Of a DNA stretch of 36,209 nucleotides, positions 35,014-36,209 are shown in pieces (positions within the stretch are counted from its first letter, which is position 1; the number at the start of each line of letters is the position of its first letter). The notes below the pieces were generated by a model that did not search any database, was not told the DNA's origin, and saw nothing but the letters and a program-made list of their open reading frames with translations. The position numbers were made by a program, and so were the translations under genes. Source of the stretch: Bacteroidales bacterium (GTDB lineage Bacteria > Bacteroidota > Bacteroidia > Bacteroidales > JALTDM01); assembly GCA_027074135.1 (NCBI GenBank), contig JALTDM010000023.1, positions 1-36,209 of the forward strand, read 5' to 3'.

Positions 35014-35787
35014 TTAATCAAATCTAAGATGCTTAACCGAACGACCTTCATCGGCAATTTCTTCAAGTGCTTTAACTCCGATTCTAATGTGGTCGTGAAC
35101 AAAATTTTGTGTAACCAATTTATCGCTCTTGCGGGTTTTTATGCCTGTGCTTATCATCGGTTGGTCACTTACAAGCAACAAAGCTCCGGTAGGTATCTTA
35201 TTGGCAAATCCCACCATAAAAAGTGTGGCGGTTTCCATATCTATTGCCATTGCACGAATCTTACGCAGATATTCTTTAAAGTTTTCGTCGTATTCCCACA
35301 CGCGTCTGTTGGTTGTGTAAACCGTACCTGTCCAATAATCCCTGCCGTAGTCGCGAATATTTGAAGAAACGGCTCTTTGCAAGCTAAATGCAGGTAATGC
35401 AGGTACTTCAGGCGGAAAATAGTCGTTTGAAGTACCTTCTCCTCTTATTGCCGCAATGGGAAGTATAAGGTCTCCGAGTTGGTTCTTTGCTTTCAAGCCG
35501 CCGCACTTGCCCAAAAACAACACTGCTTTTGGCATTATGGCACCCAGTAAGTCCATAACGGTAGCGGCATTTGCACTACCCATACCGAAATTTATCATTG
35601 TGATACGACCGTGCTTTACACTTTGCATAGGCTTACCTTTGCCGATAATTTCACCACCGAATTCTTCAGAAAAAATTTCAAGGTAATTGGTGAAATTTGT
35701 AAGTAAAATGTAATCTGAAAATTCCTCGAGTTCCCTTCCTGTATAACGAGGTAACCAATCTTTTACGATCTCTTCTTTTGTTTTCAT
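35014..35787 (-). CDS. amn: AMP nucleosidase (short Bacteroidota type)
   Basis: WLPRYTG, YILLTNF, INFGMGSANAAT.MDLL, GKCGGL, AIRGEGTS and DMETAT; ATG at 35787. Confidence 0.9.
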   Translation of the reverse strand: MKTKEEIVKDWLPRYTGRELEEFSDYILLTNFTNYLEIFSEEFGGEIIGKGKPMQSVKHGRITMINFGMGSANAATVMDLLGAIMPKAVLFLGKCGGLKAKNQLGDLILPIAAIRGEGTSNDYFPPEVPALPAFSLQRAVSSNIRDYGRDYWTGTVYTTNRRVWEYDENFKEYLRKIRAMAIDMETATLFMVGFANKIPTGALLLVSDQPMISTGIKTRKSDKLVTQNFVHDHIRIGVKALEEIADEGRSVKHLRFD

Positions 35788-35802
35788 ATAACCAAGTTTT
35801 TG

Positions 35803-35810
35803 CAAAGGTA
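35803..35810 (-). promoter_or_regulatory. Bacteroidota -7 promoter element (TACCTTTG)
   Basis: TAnnTTTG consensus upstream of amn. Confidence 0.6.
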
Positions 35811-35837
35811 AAAATTATTTATAAAAAATTATTTATA
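35810..35837. repeat. Exact 14-bp tandem duplication AAAAATTATTTATA x2
   Basis: 35810-35823 and 35824-35837 are identical. Confidence 0.85.
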
Positions 35838-35859
35838 TGTTATAATATTCTTTTTTCTT

Positions 35860-36209
35860 ATGAAGAAGGTTATGGTATTTGGAGTCTTTGATATCTTTCA
35901 TAAGGGGCATGAATATTTTTTAAAAGAGGCAAGAAAACATGGGGATTATTTAATTGCTGTAATACCACCTGATGAAAATATTCTGAAAGAAAAAGGACAT
36001 ATGCCTCATAATAATGTTAATAAAAGAATTATGGTTCTTAATAAATATGTTGATAAGGTAATTGTGGGAGATAAAAGCAATTATATAAAACCATTAATAG
36101 ATGAAATGCCAGATGTAATATGTCTTGGTTATGATCAAAATACAAATTTAGATATCATTGAAAAATATCTGAAAATTAAAAATGTTGATTTAATAAGAAT
36201 ATCTTCTTT
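35860..36209 (+). CDS. Cytidylyltransferase-family protein, archaeal/CPR-type FAD synthase (RibL-like), partial at the window edge
   Basis: Not in the ORF track; translated by hand as MKKVMVFGVFDIFHKGHEYFLKEARKHGDYLIAVIPPDENILKEKGHMP...PDVICLGYDQ. It has an HxGH motif and no stop codon before the window end. Confidence 0.8.
   Translation, partial: MKKVMVFGVFDIFHKGHEYFLKEARKHGDYLIAVIPPDENILKEKGHMPHNNVNKRIMVLNKYVDKVIVGDKSNYIKPLIDEMPDVICLGYDQNTNLDIIEKYLKIKNVDLIRISS

Noticed and set aside
34612-35364. 250-aa plus-strand ORF and the other short shadow ORFs in the track
   Set aside because: They lie antisense to, or out of frame within, well-supported genes and show no recognisable motifs.

Overview
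AT-rich chromosomal segment of a Bacteroidota bacterium. This assignment rests on TAnnTTTG -7 promoter motifs, Bacteroidota-type proS, amn and FeoA-FeoB, and a FadL-like barrel plus lipoprotein pair divergent from proS. The left end (1-1450) is a decayed IS256-family region with a methyltransferase passenger gene and two truncated neighbouring genes. The main feature is a complete 13-gene Mrp-Mbx/MBS-type operon (12557 to 1675, minus strand) resembling the membrane-bound sulfane sulfur reductase. It lacks the NiFe-binding motifs, its small subunit has only three Cys, its large subunit has an extra Cys forming CxxC, and its last subunit (MbxN/NuoI) is fused to a GltD/NfnL-like NAD(P)H flavoprotein. 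The rest is largely housekeeping: M16 protease, arsC, feoAB, RNase P RNA, phosphoglucomutase, rfbD, pepD, a FadL-like barrel with a low-complexity lipoprotein, proS, a YdiJ-like FAD/Fe-S oxidoreductase, an atypical uracil-DNA glycosylase, a RecD-like helicase, an M20 dipeptidase and AMP nucleosidase. The last ~390 bp follow an exact 14-bp tandem duplication and encode the start of an archaeal/CPR-type cytidylyltransferase (RibL-like), suggesting a foreign or chimeric junction. All homology calls come from motif recognition; no database searches were run.
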